Shown in pieces: positions 1 through 7,577 of a stretch of 64,000 nucleotides of DNA (position 1 is the stretch's first letter; the number at the start of each line of letters is the position of its first letter). The notes under the pieces were generated by a model, which was not told where the DNA came from, made no database searches, and saw only the letters and a list, made by a program, of their open reading frames with translations. Made by a program: the position numbers and the translations under genes. Source of the DNA: an uncultured Acidobacteriaceae bacterium (GTDB lineage Bacteria; Acidobacteriota; Terriglobia; Terriglobales; Acidobacteriaceae). The DNA is taken from assembly GCA_963846245.1 (NCBI GenBank), contig CAWJVI010000014.1, forward strand, positions 100,431 to 164,430, written 5' to 3'.

Positions 1-2
1 GC

Positions 3-977
3 ATGATCGAGCTGGTCAAGGAAGTCGGAGCGCCAGCCATGGCCCAACTGCGCGAGATTCTGCGCACGGGACAATTGCGCCAAGCCTCCGCCGCGGTTGG
101 GATTCTCAGCCGGCTGGACACAGCCACCCTGCTGGAACTGTTGCCTGCGCGCTTGCCCGAATGGAATCGCCTTTATCACGACGTTACAGTTCGGCAAATT
201 GCTTACGGAGCTGCAATCGACCGGGGCCGCACCCTGCTGGAACTGGCCGAAATTCTCGATCCACTCGTGTTGCCCGAAGCTGTCGACGAGATTGGCATGA
301 GCGGCGATATCACCGCAGCCCAGCCGTTGATCGCGATGGCAAGTCCGGGAGAGTCGGCTTCGCGTTCGCCCTTCATCCAGTTGAAAGCTATCGAGTCGCT
401 GGGACGGCTGCGCGATCCTGAAGCTGTGGCGGTTTTGCGCGAAATTCTCGAAGCCAAGAAAACTTTTGGCTGGGTCCACCACCGCGAGCTGCGCATTGCG
501 GCGGCACAGGCTTTGTCCAAAACCGATCCGCGCTACGGGCCGCAGGTATTATCCGATAGTGGTCTGGAGCCGGCAGAGTTGGCGATCGCGCCGCTGGATA
601 TGGCTCCGGCATGCCCTTGGGTACGGCAACGCCGCTACGAACGCATGGTGCTGTCGCGCACGGTGAGCGCGACCATCGGCAGTTCGTGGGGAAAATCGCG
701 GATCATGATCCGCGAGCTGAGCCTCGGTGGCGGCATGGGCACCAAAGAAGACAATCTGCGCATTGGCAGCGAAGCCGACCTGGAAATTTCTGTGGGTATG
801 CGGTCTAAGGTTCGCGCTCATGTGTTGCTGCGCCGCGCGCGCGTCAATGAAGTGGGATTCGAGATTGTGAACACCGATCTCGAGAGCCGTTACCGCTTGC
901 GCCGGCTGCTGGTGGAAGCTATGAGCCAGGCTGCCCAGAATAAGGGCCAGGAGTGGGGCGGCGAGCGCAAAGGGTAA
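3..977 (+). CDS. HEAT-repeat / PilZ-domain protein (c-di-GMP receptor-like); the N-terminus may be cut by the window edge
   Basis: ORF 3..977. The N-terminal half has repeated HEAT-like units (e.g. SLGRLRDPEAVAVLREIL). The C-terminal part has PilZ-type motifs RRYER (RxxxR) and ELSLGGG (D/NxSxxG-like). Confidence 0.6.
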   Translation: MIELVKEVGAPAMAQLREILRTGQLRQASAAVGILSRLDTATLLELLPARLPEWNRLYHDVTVRQIAYGAAIDRGRTLLELAEILDPLVLPEAVDEIGMSGDITAAQPLIAMASPGESASRSPFIQLKAIESLGRLRDPEAVAVLREILEAKKTFGWVHHRELRIAAAQALSKTDPRYGPQVLSDSGLEPAELAIAPLDMAPACPWVRQRRYERMVLSRTVSATIGSSWGKSRIMIRELSLGGGMGTKEDNLRIGSEADLEISVGMRSKVRAHVLLRRARVNEVGFEIVNTDLESRYRLRRLLVEAMSQAAQNKGQEWGGERKG

Positions 978-997
978 GAAAAGCTCCGGAACAAGAG

Positions 998-1028
998 AAA
1001 AAGGCCTCCGTTCACTGGAGGCCTTTTG
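998..1028. terminator. Bidirectional intrinsic terminator between the convergent PilZ gene and atpE
   Basis: Stem aaaaggcctcc / ggaggcctttt with a 7-nt loop. An A-run lies on one side and a T-run on the other. It sits between the stops at 977 and 1050. Confidence 0.7.
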
Positions 1029-1049
1029 ACTCTGGGTTGATTTTCCCTA

Positions 1050-1352
1050 TTACTTCACTTTCAAGAAGATGATCGCCAGGGTATAAAGGGCGAGCGATTC
1101 GATCAGCACCAGTCCCAGCAGCAGGGCGAACTGGATGCCCGGCCGTGCGGCAGGATTGCGAGCCAGTGCCTCGGTCGCTGCTGCCGTGGCTTTGCCTTGC
1201 GCCAGGCCGCAAACTGCGGAGGCGATGGCCATTGAGAATCCCGCGGTGATGGCCACCCAACTGGCGTCAGTCATTGTCCCGCCCTGCGCAAATGCAGGCA
1301 TGGCGAAGCAAAGACCAGATAGAGTCATGAACACATAACTTAACTTACGCAT
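1050..1352 (-). CDS. atpE: F0F1 ATP synthase subunit c
   Basis: 100 aa. Two-helix hairpin protein with a GLAQGKA...ARNPA loop and LIESLALY containing the carboxylate residue. It lies directly downstream of atpB. Confidence 0.9.
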   Translation of the reverse strand: MRKLSYVFMTLSGLCFAMPAFAQGGTMTDASWVAITAGFSMAIASAVCGLAQGKATAAATEALARNPAARPGIQFALLLGLVLIESLALYTLAIIFLKVK

Positions 1353-1453
1353 TGTTTTCTCCTCGTATTAAATTTCCGCCAGTGGGTGGTTGACGCCATA
1401 CCGTGCAGACGCCCTCACGCTCGCGGACAGTCCTAAAATCTTAGTTGTCAGAT

Positions 1454-1486
1454 CTCGGTTCTCAGTTCTCGGTTCTCAGTTCTCAG
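1454..1486. repeat. Tandem heptamer repeat (ctcggtt/ctcagtt, about 4.7 units) in the atpB-atpE spacer
   Basis: Read directly: ctcggtt ctcagtt ctcggtt ctcagtt ctcag. Confidence 0.85.
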
Positions 1487-1513
1487 AAAAGGCCACGAAT
1501 ACAACGGGGTTAC

Positions 1514-1538
1514 TGACCCCTGGCCCCTGATCCCTGGC
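1514..1538. repeat. Tandem heptamer repeat (tgacccc/tggcccc/tgatccc) in the atpB-atpE spacer
   Basis: Read directly. Its reverse complement belongs to the same ggggtca-type motif seen at 51752 and 55007. Confidence 0.8.
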
Positions 1539-1547
1539 TACTGCTTT

Positions 1548-2306
1548 TCAATGCTCCTCGGCCACTGCGGCGGAGACGTAAATGATCGACAACAGCATGA
1601 ACACATAGGCCTGCAGGAACGCGACTCCGATATGTAGAGTCATAAAAATAACCGGGATGCCGATCGGGATCATGGAGAGGAACACCAGCGTGACCAGATC
1701 CCCGGCAAAAATGTTCGCCCAAAGACGAACCGTTAGCGACAGTAGTCGCGCGGTGTGACTGACCAGTTCAATCGGCAGCATCAGGCCGGCCAGCAAGATT
1801 CGCGCGAATATCGGCATGCCTTCCATCGGTGGACCGAAGAAATGCAGGAGGTATTTCGGTCCCGAGTGCTTGAAGCCCTGGGTGTGGTAGTACAAAAACG
1901 AGCAGATCGCGCAACCCAGCGGTACGACCGGAACTCCGGTGGGCGACTCGAAGCCCGGAATCAGGCCGATCAGGTTACAGGCGAGAATGAAAATAAATAC
2001 GATGGCAAAGAACGCCGTGTAAGGCTCGCTGTGATGGCCGATAATCTCGCGGCTCTGGCTCAGAACGAATCCTTCGATACCTTCGAAAATGTGCTGCAGG
2101 GCTCCGGGTGAATCCACTGAGAGGCGCGACCGCAGCAGGAGAAACACGGCGATCAACAAGAGCGCCACCAGCAATTCCATGGCGAAGGAATCGGTGATGG
2201 GAGCCTGCGAGTGTTTGGGCGTAATATGCAGCAGCCCGAGCAGCACCATAACGGGGCCGGCAAGAAAGCGGTTCAGTATTTCGGTGAACCAGAGTTGTTC
2301 AGGCAT
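1548..2306 (-). CDS. atpB: F0F1 ATP synthase subunit a
   Basis: 252 aa polytopic membrane protein with the conserved LSLTVRLWANIFAGD motif (essential Arg). Confidence 0.92.
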   Translation of the reverse strand: MPEQLWFTEILNRFLAGPVMVLLGLLHITPKHSQAPITDSFAMELLVALLLIAVFLLLRSRLSVDSPGALQHIFEGIEGFVLSQSREIIGHHSEPYTAFFAIVFIFILACNLIGLIPGFESPTGVPVVPLGCAICSFLYYHTQGFKHSGPKYLLHFFGPPMEGMPIFARILLAGLMLPIELVSHTARLLSLTVRLWANIFAGDLVTLVFLSMIPIGIPVIFMTLHIGVAFLQAYVFMLLSIIYVSAAVAEEH

Positions 2307-2312
2307 AAAACT

Positions 2313-2347
2313 AGCTTTCAGCTCTTAGCTTTTGGCTCTTAGCTTAA
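2313..2347. repeat. Tandem heptamer repeat (agctttc/agctctt/agctttt/ggctctt/agcttaa) in the atpI-atpB spacer
   Basis: Read directly. It uses the same agctctt motif as the nuoM-L, L-K and K-J spacers. Confidence 0.8.
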
Positions 2348-2376
2348 CCCGCCTTTCAGCGAGTGCACAGATCTTG

Positions 2377-2862
2377 CTAAGTTCGACGAAACACAACCAC
2401 ATACAGCTCATATACGGCTTCGCAGGCAATTCCTCCTACGGGCAAACACAGGCCCGCAAAGAGTCCCCTGAGGCTCGCCGGAAAACTGGTTAATATAACA
2501 TACGCGGCCGCGCCCAGCAAAACATAACGCAACAGGAAGCGGGCCACGATCCCGCTGGCGGGCTGTGGTTTACCAGCATCGGTGACACGGTCGGCCAGGC
2601 CGCTCACTCCGCGCTTTAGCCAATGGAAGTTGAGGTAGGCAATGGCGCATCCTAAGGCGAACCCCAAGGCGGACCAGCGTCCGAACCTCCACCAGGCTGC
2701 TGTTGTGAGCAGCAGGGCGAGGCCGACCATGAAACCGCGGATACGTTCCACTGCTCCGGAATAGAAATCGTCGGGTGGTGCGGCCGCCGGGCTTAGTGCG
2801 TGGTCCGTCTCCCCGAGATTCGTCCCGCCAGGGTCGTCCGATGCCGGCATTGTTGAATCCAT
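2377..2862 (-). CDS. atpI: ATP synthase protein I-like small membrane protein
   Basis: Internal ATG (MDSTMPAS...) of the over-long ORF 2377..3219. About 161 aa with 4 predicted TM helices, sitting immediately upstream of atpB. The start is uncertain (alternative ATG at 2850). Confidence 0.6.
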   Translation of the reverse strand: MDSTMPASDDPGGTNLGETDHALSPAAAPPDDFYSGAVERIRGFMVGLALLLTTAAWWRFGRWSALGFALGCAIAYLNFHWLKRGVSGLADRVTDAGKPQPASGIVARFLLRYVLLGAAAYVILTSFPASLRGLFAGLCLPVGGIACEAVYELYVVVFRRT

Positions 2863-2876
2863 CTTGATGAAGCTCC

Positions 2877-3131
2877 TCAGCGCATGTCGCGGGAGACGGT
2901 TCGCAGCAACTCGATCAGGCCCGCGGCAATGCCGAGCAGCAGGCCTACGACGTTGATCCACGAAGTGTGCAGCCAGCGGTCGAGCAGAGAACCCAGAAAC
3001 CAGCCCGCGATCGTTGCCGCCGGCAAGACGAACGCCAACTGGCTGTAGCGGCCGAACTGCAGCCAGAAGCTGCGCTTCTGCTCTTCTGGACTTTCCCGGT
3101 CGGGTGGTTTTGGCATAAGTGCGTTTGGCAC
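2877..3131 (-). CDS. AtpZ-like putative F0F1-ATPase accessory subunit (ATPase_gene1 family)
   Basis: 84 aa with two TM helices (LAFVLPAATIAGWFLGSLLDRWL ... VVGLLLGIAAGLIEL). It is the first gene of the atp cluster, which is the typical position. Confidence 0.6.
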   Translation of the reverse strand: MPNALMPKPPDRESPEEQKRSFWLQFGRYSQLAFVLPAATIAGWFLGSLLDRWLHTSWINVVGLLLGIAAGLIELLRTVSRDMR

Positions 3132-3224
3132 AGGGCTCGGCAGGGTGGTGATGCTCGCTAGCTTCCGCCGAATCTGAAGTATAGCCCTCCCACAGTTTTA
3201 TGAAATAGGAGAGCCTCATGAGGG

Positions 3225-3404
3225 GATGTCATCCCGAACCGGGGCCGAAGGCTCGGTGGGGGACGTTACCAGCGCTTGCAGCGCCATGGAGGCCGACGGG
3301 GCGTTATTGAGGGTGCCGGCGGCCGGGGGCGGTCCCGTTTGCCGCAGGGGCGCTGCGGTCCGTCATAAGGTCCTCACCCGCCTTCGGGGCGTTCGGGATG
3401 ACAT
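3225..3404. repeat. ~180-bp palindromic MITE/REP-like element, copy 1
   Basis: Termini gatgtcatcccgaac[hairpin]gtgggggac ... ggtcctcaccc[hairpin]gttcgggatgacat are inverted repeats. The core is homologous to copy 2 in the same orientation. Confidence 0.8.
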
Positions 3405-3469
3405 GGCAATTTAGCGAATGACATATCGCAGAGTTGAAAGCGCTGCGCCACCCAAAAACCTTCGCCACC

Positions 3470-4003
3470 CTACACCTCTTTGGCCATCCGCACGATGGCC
3501 AAGGACTCCCCATTCGCCAACGGGACGGCTAGATGCTCCAGCTCCACGTACCCTTTGACGCGGTAAAAGGGGACGCCGGTGAGGGTTGCGCCCATCTCCA
3601 GGCGAGTGAAGCCGGCGGCTTTCGCGGCTGCTTCGCAGGCTTCCAGAATCAAGGTGCCAATTCCACGGCGCGCCCACGCTGGATCGACGAAGAAGGCGCG
3701 AATTTTGGCGGCATCGCGGCGCGGATCGAGCAAGTCATCCTCGCGGCCGGTCCAGCGGTCGCCGCCGTAGAGCGTTTTGCGCTGGCTCCAGCCGCCGCAG
3801 CCGACCAGCGTGCCATCTGACTCGGCGGCGTAGTAGGTGCCGTCCGCGATCAGCTGGCTGTCGACGCCGTAGACCGTTTCGAGCGCGCTTTCCAGTTGGC
3901 TGGGTGTGTAATCTCCGGCCTGCAGCTGGCGGACGGATGCGTCAATCAGCGCGCGCAAGGCGGGGATGTCTGCGGGAACGGCTTGGCGGATGAGGAATGG
4001 CAC
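3470..4003 (-). CDS. GNAT family N-acetyltransferase
   Basis: 177 aa. The acetyl-CoA binding motif region is FFVDPAWARRGIGTLILE (Q/RxxGxG/A type). Confidence 0.85.
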   Translation of the reverse strand: MPFLIRQAVPADIPALRALIDASVRQLQAGDYTPSQLESALETVYGVDSQLIADGTYYAAESDGTLVGCGGWSQRKTLYGGDRWTGREDDLLDPRRDAAKIRAFFVDPAWARRGIGTLILEACEAAAKAAGFTRLEMGATLTGVPFYRVKGYVELEHLAVPLANGESLAIVRMAKEV

Positions 4004-4068
4004 GCGGGGTTCCGGGGCGCTGGAGTCGATAAGCGAAAGACTCGCGACATTCTATCTTAGCGAGCCGG

Positions 4069-4247
4069 GATGTCATCCCGAACGGGGCCGAAGGCCCGGT
4101 GAGGGACCTTATGAAGCGACTGCAGTGGAATAGTTGCCGACGAGCGTTGTTGAGGGGCGTGCGGCGCAGGCGGTCCCGTTTACTGCGGAGGCTCTGCGAT
4201 CTGTCGTAGGGTCCCTCACCCGCCTTCGGCGCGTTCGGGATGACATC
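4069..4247. repeat. ~180-bp palindromic MITE/REP-like element, copy 2
   Basis: gatgtcatcccgaacggggccgaaggcccggtgagggacc ... ggtccctcacccgccttcggcgcgttcgggatgacatc. The core (ggcggtcccgttt...) matches copy 1. Confidence 0.8.
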
Positions 4248-4266
4248 GCGTTGGTGACAGGGCGTT

Positions 4267-5811
4267 TTAGCGGATTACTTTGGCGATCGCGGGATTCTGG
4301 GCGATCCCCAAGGCCCAGTTCACTATCTGGATGAAGCGGTCGGGGAGGATGCCGATGAAGAGGGTGGCGAAAGCCGTCACGGTCAGACCGGCGCGCATCG
4401 CAATGCCGACTGGCAGGTGAGCTTCACCTGCTTCGGCTTTGCCCATGAACATGGCGTTCGCCATTTTCAGGTAATAGTAGAGACCGAAGACGGAATACAG
4501 AACCCCCAGCGAGGCTAGAGCGTAATGTCCGGATTCGATCAGGCTCAGGAAGATGAAGTATTTGCCATAGAAGCCGGCGAGCGGCGGAATGCCTGCCAGC
4601 GACAGCAGGAAAACGAGCATGAGCACGGCCTCCACGGGAGCGCGCGAGTAGAGGCCGTTGAGATCGTCGAGTTCGTCGCCGATGACGTGGCGGTGGCGCA
4701 GCGATGTGATCACGCCGAATGCGCCCAGGTTCATGAAGGTGTACGCCAGCAGGTAAATCAGAATACCTTTGAGTCCGTCGACGCTGGGCTGGGTCGAAGT
4801 CCCGGCGATCAAACCAAGCAGCATGTAGCCGACGTGCGCGATCGACGAGTAGGCCAGCAGACGTTTGGTGTTGGTCTGCGTGAGCGCGGCGAAGTTGGCG
4901 CCGGTCATGGTGGCGATGGAGACGAAGACCAGGAGCGGGACATAGATCGGGCGCATGGCCAACAGTCCGCCGGGAGCGATCGGGCTGCCCATCAGGATGC
5001 GGAACAACATGGCAAATCCCGCAGCTTTGACCGCGACGGACATGAACCCGGTGATGCTGGTGGGCGCACCTTCGTAGGCATCCGGCGCCCACTGGTGAAA
5101 TGGGACGGCCGCAATCTTGAACAGCAGACCCGTGATTGTGGTGAGCAGCGCGACGATGGCGATCGGCTTCTGATTGCCGTGCAGGATCAGGGGCAAGCGC
5201 CGGCCGATCTCGTAAAGGTTGGTGCTGCCGGTGAGTCCGTAAATCAGAGACAGGCCGTAGGCAAAAATGCCCGAGGAAAACGCGCCAAGCAGCAAATATT
5301 TCAAGGCAGCTTCATTGGAGCGGCGGTCGCGGCGCAGAAAGCCGACGAGTACATAGGTGGAAATCGCCATCAGTTCCAGGCCAATGAAGATGAGGACGAT
5401 GTCGAAACCAGCAGCCATACACATCATGCCGGCGACTGAGAGCAGCATCAGAGCGTAATACTCGCCGTGATTTTCGCGTTCGATTTCCATGTAGCGGCTG
5501 GACATGAGAATCGCAACCGCCGTGGCCGCAAGAAACAAATAGAAAAAATAAATGGCGAAGCGGTCCACCAGCATGGTGTTCATAAAACCGGCGGCGCCGG
5601 GGACGTTCGCGCCGTGCATCCAGAGTTGAATCTTGATGACTCCGGCAATCGAGAACAGAACTCCGATGAACGCGGTGAAGGCGTTGGCCCACTTCATCTC
5701 TTTGGGGAGCATGAAGTCGATAAGCAGGATGCCGAGGGCGAACAATGCAAGCAAAGTGATGGGCAACGCCAGCAGGTAATCCGTCCACGAAAATTGGGAG
5801 AACGCGCCCAC
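4267..5811 (-). CDS. nuoN: NADH-quinone oxidoreductase subunit N (cluster 1)
   Basis: 514 aa antiporter-like polytopic protein. It is the last gene of the cluster. Its GTG start overlaps the nuoM stop by 1 nt. Confidence 0.9.
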   Translation of the reverse strand: MGAFSQFSWTDYLLALPITLLALFALGILLIDFMLPKEMKWANAFTAFIGVLFSIAGVIKIQLWMHGANVPGAAGFMNTMLVDRFAIYFFYLFLAATAVAILMSSRYMEIERENHGEYYALMLLSVAGMMCMAAGFDIVLIFIGLELMAISTYVLVGFLRRDRRSNEAALKYLLLGAFSSGIFAYGLSLIYGLTGSTNLYEIGRRLPLILHGNQKPIAIVALLTTITGLLFKIAAVPFHQWAPDAYEGAPTSITGFMSVAVKAAGFAMLFRILMGSPIAPGGLLAMRPIYVPLLVFVSIATMTGANFAALTQTNTKRLLAYSSIAHVGYMLLGLIAGTSTQPSVDGLKGILIYLLAYTFMNLGAFGVITSLRHRHVIGDELDDLNGLYSRAPVEAVLMLVFLLSLAGIPPLAGFYGKYFIFLSLIESGHYALASLGVLYSVFGLYYYLKMANAMFMGKAEAGEAHLPVGIAMRAGLTVTAFATLFIGILPDRFIQIVNWALGIAQNPAIAKVIR

Positions 5812-7469
5812 TAGTTCTTCCCTTTCGCGGACCTGGAGGACGCGGGGTTCTTGACTGTGGCCGTGGCTGGAACGAGCATTGCCGGCGCAGCCGGCTGAAC
5901 TTCAATCTTGAGCTCGGCATTGATCATGCCCTGCGGTTGCGGATCGTTCTGGTGCACTGTGGCTACCAGGTGATTGACGGGCTGCTCCAGAATCTGGAAA
6001 AACGGCTTGGGATAGAGTCCGATCCAAAATGCGGCGATGATGAGCGGAACGAAGGTGAGAACTTCGCGCGGGGTCAGGTCGTGCAACTTTTCGTTTTTCG
6101 GATTCGTAACTGTTCCGAAGAACACGCGCTGGTAAAGCCACAGCAGATAGGCCGCGGCGAGAACAACTCCGGGGACGGCCCACGCGCCCCACTTCCAGTT
6201 CTCCATGAACGTTCCCTGCAGGATGGTGAACTCGCCGACGAAACCGTTGAGCAGCGGCAGTCCCATGGAAGAGAGGAACATGATCATGGTAATGGTGGCG
6301 TAGACGGGCATTACGTTCGAGATGCCGCCGTATTCGGAAATCTCGCGGGTGTGGCGGCGTTCGTAGAGAATGCCGACGATCAGGAAGAGCGCTCCGGTGG
6401 AGATGCCGTGATTGATCTGTTGCAAGACCGAACCGCTTAACCCTGCTGAGTTGAGCGCGAAGATTCCCAGAGTGCAGAAGCCGAGATGGCTGACTGAGGA
6501 ATAGGCCACCAGCTTCTTCATGTCTTTCTGCATGAGCGAGACCAGCGCGCCGTAGATGATGGCGACGATGGAGAGGCCGATCATCCAACCGCGGACGGTG
6601 ACGTTGAGGAACGTTGCGGGATTCGAAAGCACCTGCGGAAAGAACGGTAGCGAGAAACGGACGAAACCGTAGGTCCCCATCTTCAGCAGAACACCGGCCA
6701 GGATGACTGATCCTGCGGTGGGCGCTTCCACGTGGGCATCGGGGAGCCAGGTGTGGAACGGAAACATCGGGACTTTAATCGCGAATGCGACGAAGAACGC
6801 GAAGAAGAGCCACACTGCCAAGTGGAATGGAATCTGCGGCGCGGTGGTATAGAGCTGCTCGATGCTGAAGGTGTAAACGCCCGTGAGAGTGTGGTGATTG
6901 AAATAGAGGTACAGAACGCCGAGCAGCATCAGCACCGAGCCCGCCAGCGTGTAGAGAAAGAACTTGATGGCAGCGTAGAGCTTGCGCGGGCCGCCCCAGA
7001 TGCCGATGAGCAGGTACATGGGAACCAGCATCGCTTCCCAGAAAACGAAGAACAGGAAAAAGTCGAGCGACATGAAGACGCCCAGCATTCCGGTCTGCAG
7101 AATCAGAAACCAGATGTAGTATTCCTTCACCCGATTCTCGATCGCGGTCCAGGAAGAAAGAATCGAGATCCAGCCCAGCAGCGTGGTGAGCATGATGAGC
7201 AGAAAAGAAATGCCGTCGATGCCCAGCATGTAGCTCGCGCCGATTGTGGGGATCCAGTTGTTGAGAGCGCCCTCGGTGAACTTGAATCCGGGCTCGAAGC
7301 GCTGCGCCCAGAACCAGGGCACCAGCGGAATCGAGACCAGGAGGCCGGCGAGCGAAAATATGTTCGCGATCCAGCGGATGGCGTCTTTGTTCTCCTTGGG
7401 AACAAACAGGAGCACAAGCGCGCCAACCAGCGGCGTGAAGAGGATGATCGAGAGTATGTGGTTATACAT
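5811..7469 (-). CDS. nuoM: NADH-quinone oxidoreductase subunit M (cluster 1)
   Basis: 552 aa with Mrp-antiporter-like motifs (FPFHTWLPDAHVEAPTAGSVILAGVLLKMG). Confidence 0.92.
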   Translation of the reverse strand: MYNHILSIILFTPLVGALVLLFVPKENKDAIRWIANIFSLAGLLVSIPLVPWFWAQRFEPGFKFTEGALNNWIPTIGASYMLGIDGISFLLIMLTTLLGWISILSSWTAIENRVKEYYIWFLILQTGMLGVFMSLDFFLFFVFWEAMLVPMYLLIGIWGGPRKLYAAIKFFLYTLAGSVLMLLGVLYLYFNHHTLTGVYTFSIEQLYTTAPQIPFHLAVWLFFAFFVAFAIKVPMFPFHTWLPDAHVEAPTAGSVILAGVLLKMGTYGFVRFSLPFFPQVLSNPATFLNVTVRGWMIGLSIVAIIYGALVSLMQKDMKKLVAYSSVSHLGFCTLGIFALNSAGLSGSVLQQINHGISTGALFLIVGILYERRHTREISEYGGISNVMPVYATITMIMFLSSMGLPLLNGFVGEFTILQGTFMENWKWGAWAVPGVVLAAAYLLWLYQRVFFGTVTNPKNEKLHDLTPREVLTFVPLIIAAFWIGLYPKPFFQILEQPVNHLVATVHQNDPQPQGMINAELKIEVQPAAPAMLVPATATVKNPASSRSAKGKN

Positions 7470-7470
7470 G

Positions 7471-7576
7471 AAGCTCTTAGCCTTTAGCTCTTAGCCTTTA
7501 GCTCTTAGCCTTTAGCTCAGAACTCTTCGCCTTTGGGTATGGCTAAAAGCCAAGAGCTAACAGCTAAGAGCTTTGT
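7471..7576. repeat. Heptad-periodic imperfect hairpin filling the nuoM-nuoL spacer
   Basis: Left arm is (agctctt agccttt)x3 then agctcag aactctt cgccttt. Right arm is gctaaaa gccaaga gctaaca gctaaga gct. The outer 32 nt pair with about 4 mismatches, and several pairing registers are possible. Confidence 0.85.
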
Positions 7577-7577
7577 T

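Noticed and set aside
2377-3219. The 280-aa ORF spanning the region upstream of atpB.
   Set aside because: The N-terminal 119 residues are Arg/Pro-rich and overlap the better-supported AtpZ-like ORF (2877..3131), which is in another frame. Only the part from the internal ATG at 2862 looks like a membrane protein (AtpI).
7471-7576. Whether the periodic repeats in the spacers could be CRISPR arrays.
   Set aside because: The units are contiguous 7-mers without spacers, the total length is under 110 bp, the arms are self-complementary, and no cas genes are present.
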